A stretch of DNA of 64,000 nt, taken from NCBI GenBank assembly GCA_003327435.1, contig QOQV01000004.1, positions 1,037-65,036 of the forward strand, read 5' to 3'. Numbering within the stretch: the stretch's first letter is position 1; each line of letters opens with the position of its first letter. Positions 47,133 to 56,332 of this stretch are shown one piece after another. Source of the stretch: Ignavibacteriota bacterium. Lineage in GTDB: Bacteria; Bacteroidota; Ignavibacteria; UBA10030; BY39. The position numbers were made by a program, and so were the translations under genes. The notes below the pieces were generated by a model. That model did no database searches. It had not been told where the DNA came from and saw only the letters and a program-made list of their open reading frames with translations.

Positions 47133-48920
47133 TTAATCATCTGTTGTTGCTGCTGCAATTTCATCTAAAGTGGTCGAACCTTCTAAAATTCGTTCAATAC
47201 CAGAACGTCGAAGCGTCCACATTCCATCTTTGACTGCTTGTTCACGAATTGCAGCTTCATCTACTTCGGCTCCTGATTTTACAATTATGTTTCTTATCTC
47301 ACGAGTAAAATATAATGCTTCGTGAATAGCTGCTCTTCCTTTATATCCACCGTTACATTTTTCACACCCAACTGCTTCATAGATTGTGTGGGTATCCAAT
47401 TGCTCCGGTGTAAATCCGAATTTTGTATAAACATCGTAATCCAGATCTTTTTTGGGTATTGGTCTCTTACAAAGTGGGCAAAGAGTTCTAATTAATCTCT
47501 GAGCTACAATTATATTTATTGCATAAGCAATCAGGAATGGTTCAATACCCATTTTGTACAAACGCGATATTGCGCTTGGCGCATCATTAGTATGAAGTGT
47601 TGAAAATGTTAAGTGACCTGTATTTGCAAGTTTAATTGCAATTTCAGCGGTCATTTTATCACGCATCTCTCCAACAAGAACTATATCCGGGTCGTGACGA
47701 AGTATACCGCGTAGTGCGCTTTCAAAATCCATCTTTGGACCAATCTTGAGTTGGCGTGCACCTTTAATTATGTATTCGACTGGATCTTCTACTGTCAACA
47801 CATTTACTGTTGGATCTATAACCTGATAAAGTGCTGCAATCAAGGTTGTACTTTTTCCACTTCCTGTTGGACCAGTTAATATAATAATACCCTGAGGTTT
47901 AGAGATTGCTTTATAGAAAAATTCTTTAGCTGGTCCCTGTAATCCAAGTTTGTTTAAATCTGTTATAACTTTTCGATCATCAAGAACTCGAATGACTATA
48001 CTTTCATACTTGTGTTTAAATTCTGTACCAACAATTGGCATAATGGATACACGGAATCTAATTTGATGTCCATCTATGACTCTTTGAATAAACCCGTCCT
48101 GAGATGTTTCTCTTTCAAATCTATCAACATTTTTGGATCTGTCTTTAACAACCGCAGCAATTGCTTCTGGCATGGTGTTCTCCTGTGTGTGCCAGAGTTT
48201 TAAATTTCCATCTATACGAAACAGAAAATCAGTACGATTGCCTTCTTTTGCTACGATATGAATATCACTTGCTCCCTGACGAACTGCTTCAACAAGAGCA
48301 CCTTCAACTAAATTAATTAATGCACTTTTACTTATTTCAGCTTCAAGAGCTTCTTCATCAAGGCCCTCTTCTTCTCGAACCTCAAGATTATCTATTTCAG
48401 TTTGTTCTAAAAGTTTTAAAAACTCGTTCTCAGGTGGAATAACCTGTTCAATTAGATTTTGTAAATCTTTTAATCTGCAATAGCATACCTCATATTTTTT
48501 AACTTCAAAATTCCGAGCAATTACTGGAATTTTCCTATCAGTTGGGTCTGCTGCAATGATTATTAATTTCTCCGGAACCTTTTCATCAAATTTTAAAGGT
48601 AACATTTTTACTTCTGAGAGCATGGAACGATAATTTTCAGGGAGAGAATCAACAAATTTCTTGATGAAATTAATCCTTTCCTGATCTATTTTTTCATCAG
48701 CAAGATATACTTCTCTGAAAGCATATAAACTAGCAACTTCGCGAAACACTGCATCGTGATCTACATTGAATTCCTTAACAATGATCTGTCCAAGATTTCT
48801 TCGATTCTTAAAATCTTCCTTTTCTTTAATGCGTAAGGATTTCTCGAGTATCTCGTAATCAATGATACCTTTTTTAAGCAGTGTGTATCCTATTTTATCA
48901 GTAATATCAATTTCGCGCAT
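47133..48920 (-). CDS. pilB: Type IV pilus assembly ATPase PilB (GspE family).
   Basis: 595-aa ORF with an N-terminal GspII-like domain, Walker A (GPTGSGKSTT), Walker B (DIVLVGEMRD) and a tetracysteine zinc motif (CPLC...CEKC). Confidence 0.85.
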   Translation of the reverse strand: MREIDITDKIGYTLLKKGIIDYEILEKSLRIKEKEDFKNRRNLGQIIVKEFNVDHDAVFREVASLYAFREVYLADEKIDQERINFIKKFVDSLPENYRSMLSEVKMLPLKFDEKVPEKLIIIAADPTDRKIPVIARNFEVKKYEVCYCRLKDLQNLIEQVIPPENEFLKLLEQTEIDNLEVREEEGLDEEALEAEISKSALINLVEGALVEAVRQGASDIHIVAKEGNRTDFLFRIDGNLKLWHTQENTMPEAIAAVVKDRSKNVDRFERETSQDGFIQRVIDGHQIRFRVSIMPIVGTEFKHKYESIVIRVLDDRKVITDLNKLGLQGPAKEFFYKAISKPQGIIILTGPTGSGKSTTLIAALYQVIDPTVNVLTVEDPVEYIIKGARQLKIGPKMDFESALRGILRHDPDIVLVGEMRDKMTAEIAIKLANTGHLTFSTLHTNDAPSAISRLYKMGIEPFLIAYAINIIVAQRLIRTLCPLCKRPIPKKDLDYDVYTKFGFTPEQLDTHTIYEAVGCEKCNGGYKGRAAIHEALYFTREIRNIIVKSGAEVDEAAIREQAVKDGMWTLRRSGIERILEGSTTLDEIAAATTDD

Positions 48921-48942
48921 ATTGCTATTCGTTACCTTTTAT

Positions 48943-50319
48943 TTAGAAAAACATACTTATGGAATTCAAAAAGTTAATGAAAGCTCCTGGTGGTTTGGGT
49001 CTAATCATAGCCGTTTCGGACGATACAATTGTAAGAGCTGTAAGAATAACCATAATCACCATTGCCAACCAGATTTGTATATATTCAATAGCATTTTTCA
49101 TTTTATAGGATGTTTCTTTTTCATAATACTCAGCAAGTTGATGAGCTGTATTTTTGACAGTACCGGTTTCTGCTCCACTATGAAATCTGGAGATTGCTGT
49201 TTTCGTGAAAACTCCTGATGCTTCAAACGCTTCGGTAATACCGGCACCTTTTTCAACCATCAATGGGATAGCAATGTTTTTAATCTGATTTTCCATATAT
49301 CTATTACCGCAAGCTTCTGCAGCCATACGAATAACATCAATATTTTCACCAGAACCACTGTATAATGCGTGGAAAACGCGACAGAAAATTTCTATATTTG
49401 TTTTATGCAACAAAGTACCAATTACAGGAATCTTCCAGATAAAACGATCCAATACTTGCCGACCTCTTGGAGTCGTAAAAAATCGCACAGCGAGTATTAA
49501 AGGAACAAGAGTAACGATAGATATTATTATTATATGTTCAATAATAAAATCGCTCATTTTCAGAGTCGCTGCTGTCATTGGTGGCATTTCAATTTTAAAT
49601 TTTGCAAATATCTCAGCCATTGGCCTGAATATCCAGCCGATATAATAAATTACAGCTCCAATTAATGCCAGCATTGTAACCGCTGGAGTAATAAGGGCAC
49701 TCTTTAAATCCTTTTTAAACTGGGCTTGCCTTTCCAAAAATTTTGCTGTGCTTTCGTATATTTCTGCCATATTACCACTTTTAGATGCAAGCCCAAGCAT
49801 ATGAGCTGTAAATTTCCCAAATACAGCTTCCTGCTTGAGGAAAACCTTCTCACTATCCTTACCCTGTTTCAATTCGTTATTAATCTCTCTAATTGCATCT
49901 CTTAAAGTTTTGTTTTCAATATCATTGGCTAAGAGTTGTAAGATTTCGTTATAGGGTAATTTCTGACGAATCAGATCAGCACTTACTCTCACAAAAGTTA
50001 CAATCTCACTCATTGGTGGCTTGGGTTTCAGGTCAATAAGTTTTTTACGGACATAGATTACTCTAAATCCCATTTTGGAAAGTGCTTCTTCAACTTCTTC
50101 TTTTGTAAAAGCCTTTTGCTCACCCAATATTGGCTTTTCAGTCCCACGCTGCACCTTATAAATAAATGTAGTTCTTGGAGTAATGTTTACAACTTTAAAC
50201 TTTCTTTGTACAGCCATCTGCTGAGCTTTTTCCTTAGCAAGGCGAAAACCATCGGCTTCTATTATTCCTACGATGGCTTTACCACTTGTCGACAGTCCTT
50301 CTATCCTGAATTCTGGCAT
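48943..50319 (-). CDS. pilC: Type IV pilus platform protein PilC (GspF family).
   Basis: 458-aa ORF with two T2SF repeats and three TM segments. An RBS (GGAGATAAAATAATG) is present. Confidence 0.8.
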   Translation of the reverse strand: MPEFRIEGLSTSGKAIVGIIEADGFRLAKEKAQQMAVQRKFKVVNITPRTTFIYKVQRGTEKPILGEQKAFTKEEVEEALSKMGFRVIYVRKKLIDLKPKPPMSEIVTFVRVSADLIRQKLPYNEILQLLANDIENKTLRDAIREINNELKQGKDSEKVFLKQEAVFGKFTAHMLGLASKSGNMAEIYESTAKFLERQAQFKKDLKSALITPAVTMLALIGAVIYYIGWIFRPMAEIFAKFKIEMPPMTAATLKMSDFIIEHIIIISIVTLVPLILAVRFFTTPRGRQVLDRFIWKIPVIGTLLHKTNIEIFCRVFHALYSGSGENIDVIRMAAEACGNRYMENQIKNIAIPLMVEKGAGITEAFEASGVFTKTAISRFHSGAETGTVKNTAHQLAEYYEKETSYKMKNAIEYIQIWLAMVIMVILTALTIVSSETAMIRPKPPGAFINFLNSISMFF

Positions 50320-50448
50320 TATTTTATCTCCAATTAATTTTCCTCATAACAATTTAATAATTAATAAATGCTTTGAAATTCTCAACTTAAGATATTCGAT
50401 AATTTCAGAGCATTCATACTGAAATTTTTTATGTCAAAAAACTCATCT

Positions 50449-50832
50449 CTACTCAAAATCTCCTGTAAATGAAAAATTGCCTAATGTACCGGTGCTGTCA
50501 AGCGTAACAATTATATTCCCGTAACCAAATTTAGAAACAGCAGTAAAGGTAATAGATTGCGGGGTCACAACATAATTAGTATAATCAGCATTTTCATTTG
50601 ATCTTAGATTCTGTGGCAAATTAAAACCATTGTAAGTCCTGCCACCACCGCCTAACGGTTCAGGTCTCAATCTATATCTGTTGGCATATTGTCCTATATT
50701 CATAAGGTCGTTAATAATTGCATTCTTATTTGCATTAACCGATGTACCCTGAAATAATCCAATACCAACCGCAATCGCTATACCGACTATGATCACACCT
50801 AATATAATTAACACCAATTGTTGCTGACCCAT
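50449..50832 (-). CDS. Pilin-like protein, paralog 2 (candidate major pilin with a non-canonical N-terminus).
   Basis: 127-aa ORF with an SD (AAAGGTGA) 6 nt upstream. It starts MGQQQLVLIILGVIIVGIAIAVGIGLF, followed by a pseudopilin-like amphipathic continuation (NKNAIINDLMNIGQY), a GGGG motif and a beta-rich Thr/Ser C-terminus ending ..FTGDFE. Confidence 0.5.
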   Translation of the reverse strand: MGQQQLVLIILGVIIVGIAIAVGIGLFQGTSVNANKNAIINDLMNIGQYANRYRLRPEPLGGGGRTYNGFNLPQNLRSNENADYTNYVVTPQSITFTAVSKFGYGNIIVTLDSTGTLGNFSFTGDFE

Positions 50833-50858
50833 AATTCACCTTTCAGTTGATAAACATA

Positions 50859-50905
50859 TACTGCCATTTACAGCTGGTGTTAATCATATCTTGTAAATGG
50901 CAGTA
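50859..50905 (-). terminator. Strong hairpin between the two tandem pilin genes. Candidate leaky terminator or mRNA-stabilising element.
   Basis: Perfect 14-bp inverted repeat TACTGCCATTTACA / TGTAAATGGCAGTA with a 19-nt loop. On the minus-strand transcript it is followed by UAUGUUUAU. Confidence 0.35.
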
Positions 50906-50952
50906 CATCGGAATCTGTAGTTTTAATTGTTAAAGAGCTAAATTAGATTAAA

Positions 50953-51357
50953 TTATTCGAACTGATCAGTGTATGTCCACTGCGACAATCGACCAGTTGA
51001 ATTAACCACTGCTGTAACGGTTCCATATCCCTGTGAGGAAGTTGCTGTAATTGTAACATCAGTAGCTGTAACAGTTGCTGCATATGTACCGTTTTCATTT
51101 TGAGCGTATTTTGAAGGTATAGCATATGGCTGTGCCGGTGTACAACCAGAGCCATCGTATGTTCCGCCACCACCACCCATACTGCATGGACGTATCTTAT
51201 GTTGATATGCGTTCGCTGCAATGTTGTTCATATCATTAACTATTGCATCACGATTTGACTGAACACTACCTGCAGTAAACATTGAAATACCAACTGCTAT
51301 TGCGATACCAACTATGATAACGCCTAAGATGATTAATAAAAGTTGTTGTTGACCCAT
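50953..51357 (-). CDS. Pilin-like protein, paralog 1 (candidate major pilin with a non-canonical N-terminus).
   Basis: 134-aa ORF with a strong SD (AAAGGAG) 8 nt upstream and an in-frame TAA just upstream, which fixes the start. It starts MGQQQLLLIILGVIIVGIAIAVGISMF, followed by ..NRDAIVNDMNNIAANAY, a CSMGGGGGTYDGSGC segment (two Cys) and a Thr-rich beta region ending ..YTDQFE. Confidence 0.5.
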   Translation of the reverse strand: MGQQQLLLIILGVIIVGIAIAVGISMFTAGSVQSNRDAIVNDMNNIAANAYQHKIRPCSMGGGGGTYDGSGCTPAQPYAIPSKYAQNENGTYAATVTATDVTITATSSQGYGTVTAVVNSTGRLSQWTYTDQFE

Positions 51358-51480
51358 ATTATAACTCCTTTAATTATTTGTTAATGTTTAATTTTGTTAA
51401 TTAATTTTGAAACTTAATAATTTTGAGTATTTTGAACGCTTAATGTTTTCCATAAAGAACTATTTTTACGTCTTCTTCTA

Positions 51481-51500
51481 TATTTACAATGCTCGTGCCA
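51481..51500 (-). promoter_or_regulatory. Sigma-54-like -24/-12 promoter upstream of pilin paralog 1.
   Basis: The minus strand reads CTGGCACGAGCATTGTA. This matches YTGGCACG-N4-TTGCW with one mismatch (TTGT for TTGC), ~125 nt upstream of the pilin start. Pilin genes are classically RpoN-dependent. Confidence 0.35.
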
Positions 51501-51707
51501 GGTTTGATTTTAAAACATTTTTTTCAAAAAATTAGTGAAATCAACAATTTTCTAAAATAATTCAAAAGCATTAGGTAATATTTTCCATCTCGCTTTGAAA
51601 AAATTACAAATTCGGAAAAAATTACATACCTCTAAAATTTTTTTATGACTTTTTTGTAATTCAAGAATATTTTTCTAATATTTAATTAACTTTTTAAAAG
51701 GATTGTA

Positions 51708-54149
51708 ATGAAATTCAAAGAAAAAGTTTTAATATTTGCTACTATAATTGTATACCTTGTATGTGGGTACCTATCAGTTAACAATTTAAATCTATATACT
51801 CCTGATAGCACACGGTATTACATATGGACCCAATCGTTGAGTAATTTTGAAGGGTTTAAAGATAATACACTCCCTGAACCAAAAAGATATGTAATCCACG
51901 CACCTTTTTATTCTTTATTGATGTCTCCAGTGGCTTTTATATTTCCAGGCAATCTGATTGCAATAAAATTAGCTACAATTTTTGTTGCTGGCTTTGGACT
52001 TTTTTTGTTTTTCAAGTTTTTAAAAAGATATTTTGATACTGATGTTGCAATCTATGGAACCATTTTATTATTAATCAATCCGCTTTTTTTTCTACTCTCA
52101 GGTGAGTTGCTTTCCGATGTTCCATTCCTGGTTATAATAATTGGAATATTTTTATACTCTCAAAAAATTAACGAATTAAAAACGGTTTCAAATTCAAACA
52201 TAATTGCATTTGCACTTTTGGTTTCAATTACAGTTTTATTAAGAGAAGTTGGAATTGCCTTAATGATTAGCGTTGTCCTGTTTTTCTTTATTAGAAGAAA
52301 ATTCCAAATTGCAATTACAACAATGATTATCTCTCTTGCATTTTATCTTTTGTGGATATTCAGAAATGAGTTTTTAGTTGCAAATTTTGAATTACCCGAT
52401 TTAACCAACTCAAAAATTTTAACATACCATTTCTTTACAAATTCGGAAGCTTCGCTTTTAGTTGAATTTACCGCAAGAATAAAACATAACTTTATCACAT
52501 ACTTTTCCAAAGTCGTAGCTTTGATATTTTATCCGATATATGAATCAACACAATATGATGTGATTTTTAGAAAAGAAGGAATAATTGCTGAAGTTTCAGA
52601 TTTACTCAAAATATTTAAAATTCCATTTGCTATACTTATATGGGCTCTGACAGTATATGGATTTAGAAAATTTCAAAAAGCTTCCGGGATTTACCTTCTT
52701 ATTACTCTATTCATTTTATTTTACTCACTGATAATCTTAATCTATCCAATAAACGATATTAGATTTCTTTTACCTTTACTTCCAATCTTTATATTATATT
52801 TTTTAACTGGGACAAAACATTTTTTAGAAACATTATATAGAAAATACAAAAACAGTTTATTTAAATTCGCATCTCTTTTATTAGGATTATTTTTTTTAGT
52901 TCCAAACTTTGTATGGACAGGTGAATTTATATATTTAAGCAACAGATATATGAGTTCACCGATGGAGTTTCAAAAATATCTTGAGGGTAAGAAGTATCCA
53001 CCATCCCATTTTACAAAACCACTTAATCTTGCTGGGGAGTGGATTAATGCCAATTCCAAACCTGATGCAGTTGTATATGGAATGTGGAAAGATTTAGCTT
53101 GTTGGATAGGAACAAGAAAATTAATAATTTCTGATTATTTAATTTCACCAGTTGAGTTTGATTATAAAATACGAGATTATAATGTTGATTTTTTAGTATC
53201 GCATGCTGATCGACTCGGATTTGACGAATTTGAAGTCCAGATAAGTCAATCAAAGAAATTCAAATTTAAACTCGAGAACAAATTTGGAAGATTGAATATA
53301 TATAGAGTTAGCAACTTGGATGAAATATTGCCTCTTGAACCAAAAACTGAATTCCAAAAAGCTATTTATGAGTTATTTAATTGCAATTTTATTGAAGCTG
53401 AATCAATTCTGGATTCACTTTACATTGGAAATCCACTCAACGCCAAAGTAATATTTTATAATGGTATTGTAAAATCTTTTTTAGGAAAGTTTACTGATGC
53501 TGAAAAATACTTTAAAACACTTGAGGGATTTTCACAAGCTGGTATGTTTTTAAATGAAATTAACCTATACAGACGATTAAATCAAATGATACAATTTTCC
53601 AGAACTCACCCTGAGCAATTTGCAGATTATACAACAAGATTAGCAGGTAGTTATTGGTCGCTGGGATACGAAAAATATTCATACAACTTATTGGATACTG
53701 TATTAAGATTTGATTCTTCTTTTATTCCTGCCTATATTTTCAAAATTCATTTTGCATTAAAGCAAAATAAACTTGAAGATGCAAGAAGCGCTCTTAATAA
53801 ACTCTCAAAATTAGACACCGCAAATACTTTGTTAGGGATTTACAATAACCTAATCACAAGAACCGAATCAATCCGTAAATATGATGAAAAACATATACTC
53901 GCAAATGTTTATTATTTAAATGCGAAAGATTATTACACATTAGGTGTTTATGAAGATGCTATAGATAATCTGCTATTATGTTTACGATATGATGAAAATA
54001 ATACTGATGCAATGATGTTACTCTCCGATATATACATATTAAAGCGGCGTTTTGCTCCAGCAAAAAAATATTTAGAGCAAATTATTAAATTGAATCCCAA
54101 TAATTATTCAATAAAAGAAAAATACGAGTCGTTGTTAAAGTATTTTTAA
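51708..54149 (+). CDS. GT-C-fold membrane glycosyltransferase (ArnT/PMT/GT39/GT83-like) with a C-terminal TPR-repeat domain.
   Basis: 813-aa ORF. The N-terminal ~400 aa has ~11 hydrophobic helices with the pattern of 4-amino-arabinose/mannosyl transferases. The C-terminal ~350 aa has multiple TPR-like repeats. It is transcribed divergently from the pilin genes. Confidence 0.55.
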   Translation: MKFKEKVLIFATIIVYLVCGYLSVNNLNLYTPDSTRYYIWTQSLSNFEGFKDNTLPEPKRYVIHAPFYSLLMSPVAFIFPGNLIAIKLATIFVAGFGLFLFFKFLKRYFDTDVAIYGTILLLINPLFFLLSGELLSDVPFLVIIIGIFLYSQKINELKTVSNSNIIAFALLVSITVLLREVGIALMISVVLFFFIRRKFQIAITTMIISLAFYLLWIFRNEFLVANFELPDLTNSKILTYHFFTNSEASLLVEFTARIKHNFITYFSKVVALIFYPIYESTQYDVIFRKEGIIAEVSDLLKIFKIPFAILIWALTVYGFRKFQKASGIYLLITLFILFYSLIILIYPINDIRFLLPLLPIFILYFLTGTKHFLETLYRKYKNSLFKFASLLLGLFFLVPNFVWTGEFIYLSNRYMSSPMEFQKYLEGKKYPPSHFTKPLNLAGEWINANSKPDAVVYGMWKDLACWIGTRKLIISDYLISPVEFDYKIRDYNVDFLVSHADRLGFDEFEVQISQSKKFKFKLENKFGRLNIYRVSNLDEILPLEPKTEFQKAIYELFNCNFIEAESILDSLYIGNPLNAKVIFYNGIVKSFLGKFTDAEKYFKTLEGFSQAGMFLNEINLYRRLNQMIQFSRTHPEQFADYTTRLAGSYWSLGYEKYSYNLLDTVLRFDSSFIPAYIFKIHFALKQNKLEDARSALNKLSKLDTANTLLGIYNNLITRTESIRKYDEKHILANVYYLNAKDYYTLGVYEDAIDNLLLCLRYDENNTDAMMLLSDIYILKRRFAPAKKYLEQIIKLNPNNYSIKEKYESLLKYF

Positions 54150-54161
54150 AAATATTGCAAT

Positions 54162-55592
54162 TTACACCTTAAATACTTTGATAGTGTTCAAAACATTTTT
54201 CTCGAAGAACGGTAACCCTGCGAGTACAACATATTTATCACCTTTTTTGAGCATTCTTTTAGAAATTATTTGATTATGAATTTTATTGAATGCACTATCT
54301 GTTGAACCTTTAATCTTTGGTACAACAAAACTTTCAACGCCCCATTGAATACTCAAACGGCGAGCCACTTTGATGCTCTCTGTAAATCCAAAAATACGCG
54401 CAGCGGGTCTATACTTTGAAATAAAAGTTGCAGTTCTCCCTGAATAGGTAACAGCAATTATTGCCTTTGATCCAACTTCATCAGAAAGCATAACAGCCGA
54501 TTCTGCAAGCGCATCATAATCTTCTCTTTGCTTATATTCGTAAACTTTTCTATTATGGCATCCTGTTTCAATAGCTTGTATTATCTTATTCATCATTTCG
54601 ACGGCTTCAATGGGATAATTTCCAATTGAAGTTTCGCCACTTAACAATACAGCATCTGCACCATCCAAAACAGCATTTGCTACATCACTAACTTCAGCTC
54701 GAGTTGGAAGCGGATTTTTTATCATCGATTCAAGCATTTGAGTAGCTACAATTACAGGTTTTGTATACTCTCTGCATTTTTTTATTATCTCCTTTTGAAT
54801 CAAAGGAACATTCTCAATCGGAATTTCAATGCCAAGGTCTCCTCGTGCTATCAGAACACCATCGGACTTTATTATTATATTATCCAAATCATTAATTGCT
54901 TCCTGCTTTTCTATTTTTGCAAGAATGTAAGGAATCTTTTTGCTAAATTTCTTGCTGTGTTTGATTATAAACTCTCTTAGTTCATCAATATCATTTGATG
55001 ATCTCACAAACGAAAGTGCGATAAAATCTATATCATTTTTCAGTCCAAATAATATATCTTTTTTATCTTTATCGGTAATTGAAGGAACACCAAGTTTGAC
55101 ATTTGGAAGATTAATACCTTTATGTGAACTTATTTCACCAGTATTTAAAACCTTACAATATATCCTTTTATCCTCAACTTTCAATACTTCAATTTTAATT
55201 TTACCATCATCGATATATAATTTATCTCCCCTTTTTAATTCCTTATGAAGGTGTTCATAATCTACAGAAATAAATTCTGGATTATCATTGACTCGAGTGG
55301 ATAATACAATTTGACTGTTTATAAATACTTTTACAGGTTCTTTAATTAGCTTACCCACCCTAATTTTAGGACCTTGCAGATCCTGAATGATAGCAATGGG
55401 TTGACCGCTTTTAGCTTCAGCAATTCTTAAATTTTGTATGTACTTTCTATGTTCGGAATAATTACCATGCGAAAAATTCAATCTAACTGCATCCATCCCG
55501 TTTGACATTAACTTTAAAATTGAGGATACTTCTGCGGTTGCCGGCCCTAAAGTGCAAATGATTTTTGTTTTGGGAATATATTTTAACTTCAT
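54162..55592 (-). CDS. pyk: Pyruvate kinase.
   Basis: 476-aa ORF with pyruvate-kinase conservation (TKIICTLGPA, MDAVRLNFSHG, a MVARGDLGIE-like stretch) and a C-terminal regulatory domain. Confidence 0.9.
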   Translation of the reverse strand: MKLKYIPKTKIICTLGPATAEVSSILKLMSNGMDAVRLNFSHGNYSEHRKYIQNLRIAEAKSGQPIAIIQDLQGPKIRVGKLIKEPVKVFINSQIVLSTRVNDNPEFISVDYEHLHKELKRGDKLYIDDGKIKIEVLKVEDKRIYCKVLNTGEISSHKGINLPNVKLGVPSITDKDKKDILFGLKNDIDFIALSFVRSSNDIDELREFIIKHSKKFSKKIPYILAKIEKQEAINDLDNIIIKSDGVLIARGDLGIEIPIENVPLIQKEIIKKCREYTKPVIVATQMLESMIKNPLPTRAEVSDVANAVLDGADAVLLSGETSIGNYPIEAVEMMNKIIQAIETGCHNRKVYEYKQREDYDALAESAVMLSDEVGSKAIIAVTYSGRTATFISKYRPAARIFGFTESIKVARRLSIQWGVESFVVPKIKGSTDSAFNKIHNQIISKRMLKKGDKYVVLAGLPFFEKNVLNTIKVFKV

Positions 55593-55593
55593 A

Positions 55594-56331
55594 TTATCTA
55601 ACTTCCTTAATTACTTTAACTAGCTCTGGTAAAATTTCTCCTGACTTGCCCTGCAGGAATTCGTCAACTATTGATGTAATCTGGGTTGGTTCAGGATTTA
55701 TTTCAATTACAAAAGCACCACTTTCCTTAGCTATATACGGTAATGAAGCAGCAGGATAAACGACTCCTGATGTTCCTATTGTAAAAAATATATCGCAAGT
55801 ACGAGTAGATTTTTCAGCTTCATTCCATTGATCCTCAGGTAGGAGCTCTCCAAACCAAACTACACCAGGTCTAATAAGATCATTACACACATCGCATTTA
55901 GGAACTTCAAACTTCGAAAATATAATTTCATCTGAAAATTCTTTTTTACAACCAATACAATAGTTTCTTTGAATATTACCATGAAGTTCAAATATTTTTT
56001 TACTTCCAGCTCTTCGGTGCAGGTTATCAACATTTTGGGTAATTATTGCAAATTCTGGAAATATATTTTCCATTTCTACAAGTGCATAGTGTCCTGGATT
56101 TGGTTTTACATTTGCGATTAGCTGCTTTCGGTATTTATACCATTCCCAAACAATTTCAGTATTTCTAATAAATGCATTAAAGTTTGCAAGCTCTTCAGGT
56201 CGGAATTTTTTCCATAAACCATCATCTCCTCGAAATGTAGGGACCCCGCTCTCCGCAGAAATTCCCGCACCCGTTAACACTGCAACCGATTGAGCGGATT
56301 TCAATACATTAATTAATTTTTCGGATAACAC
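55594..56331 (-). CDS. cobB: NAD-dependent protein deacylase (Sir2/CobB family).
   Basis: 245-aa ORF with GAGISAESGVPTFRG, a zinc-ribbon cysteine pair (CIGC...CDVC) and HG..QNVD. Confidence 0.8.
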   Translation of the reverse strand: MLSEKLINVLKSAQSVAVLTGAGISAESGVPTFRGDDGLWKKFRPEELANFNAFIRNTEIVWEWYKYRKQLIANVKPNPGHYALVEMENIFPEFAIITQNVDNLHRRAGSKKIFELHGNIQRNYCIGCKKEFSDEIIFSKFEVPKCDVCNDLIRPGVVWFGELLPEDQWNEAEKSTRTCDIFFTIGTSGVVYPAASLPYIAKESGAFVIEINPEPTQITSIVDEFLQGKSGEILPELVKVIKEVR

Positions 56332-56332
56332 T

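Noticed and set aside
50320-50448. Terminator between pilin paralog 2 and pilC.
   Set aside because: Only a weak 7-bp stem with a 20-nt loop and no U-tract is present. The pilC RBS follows directly, so read-through into pilC-pilB is more likely.
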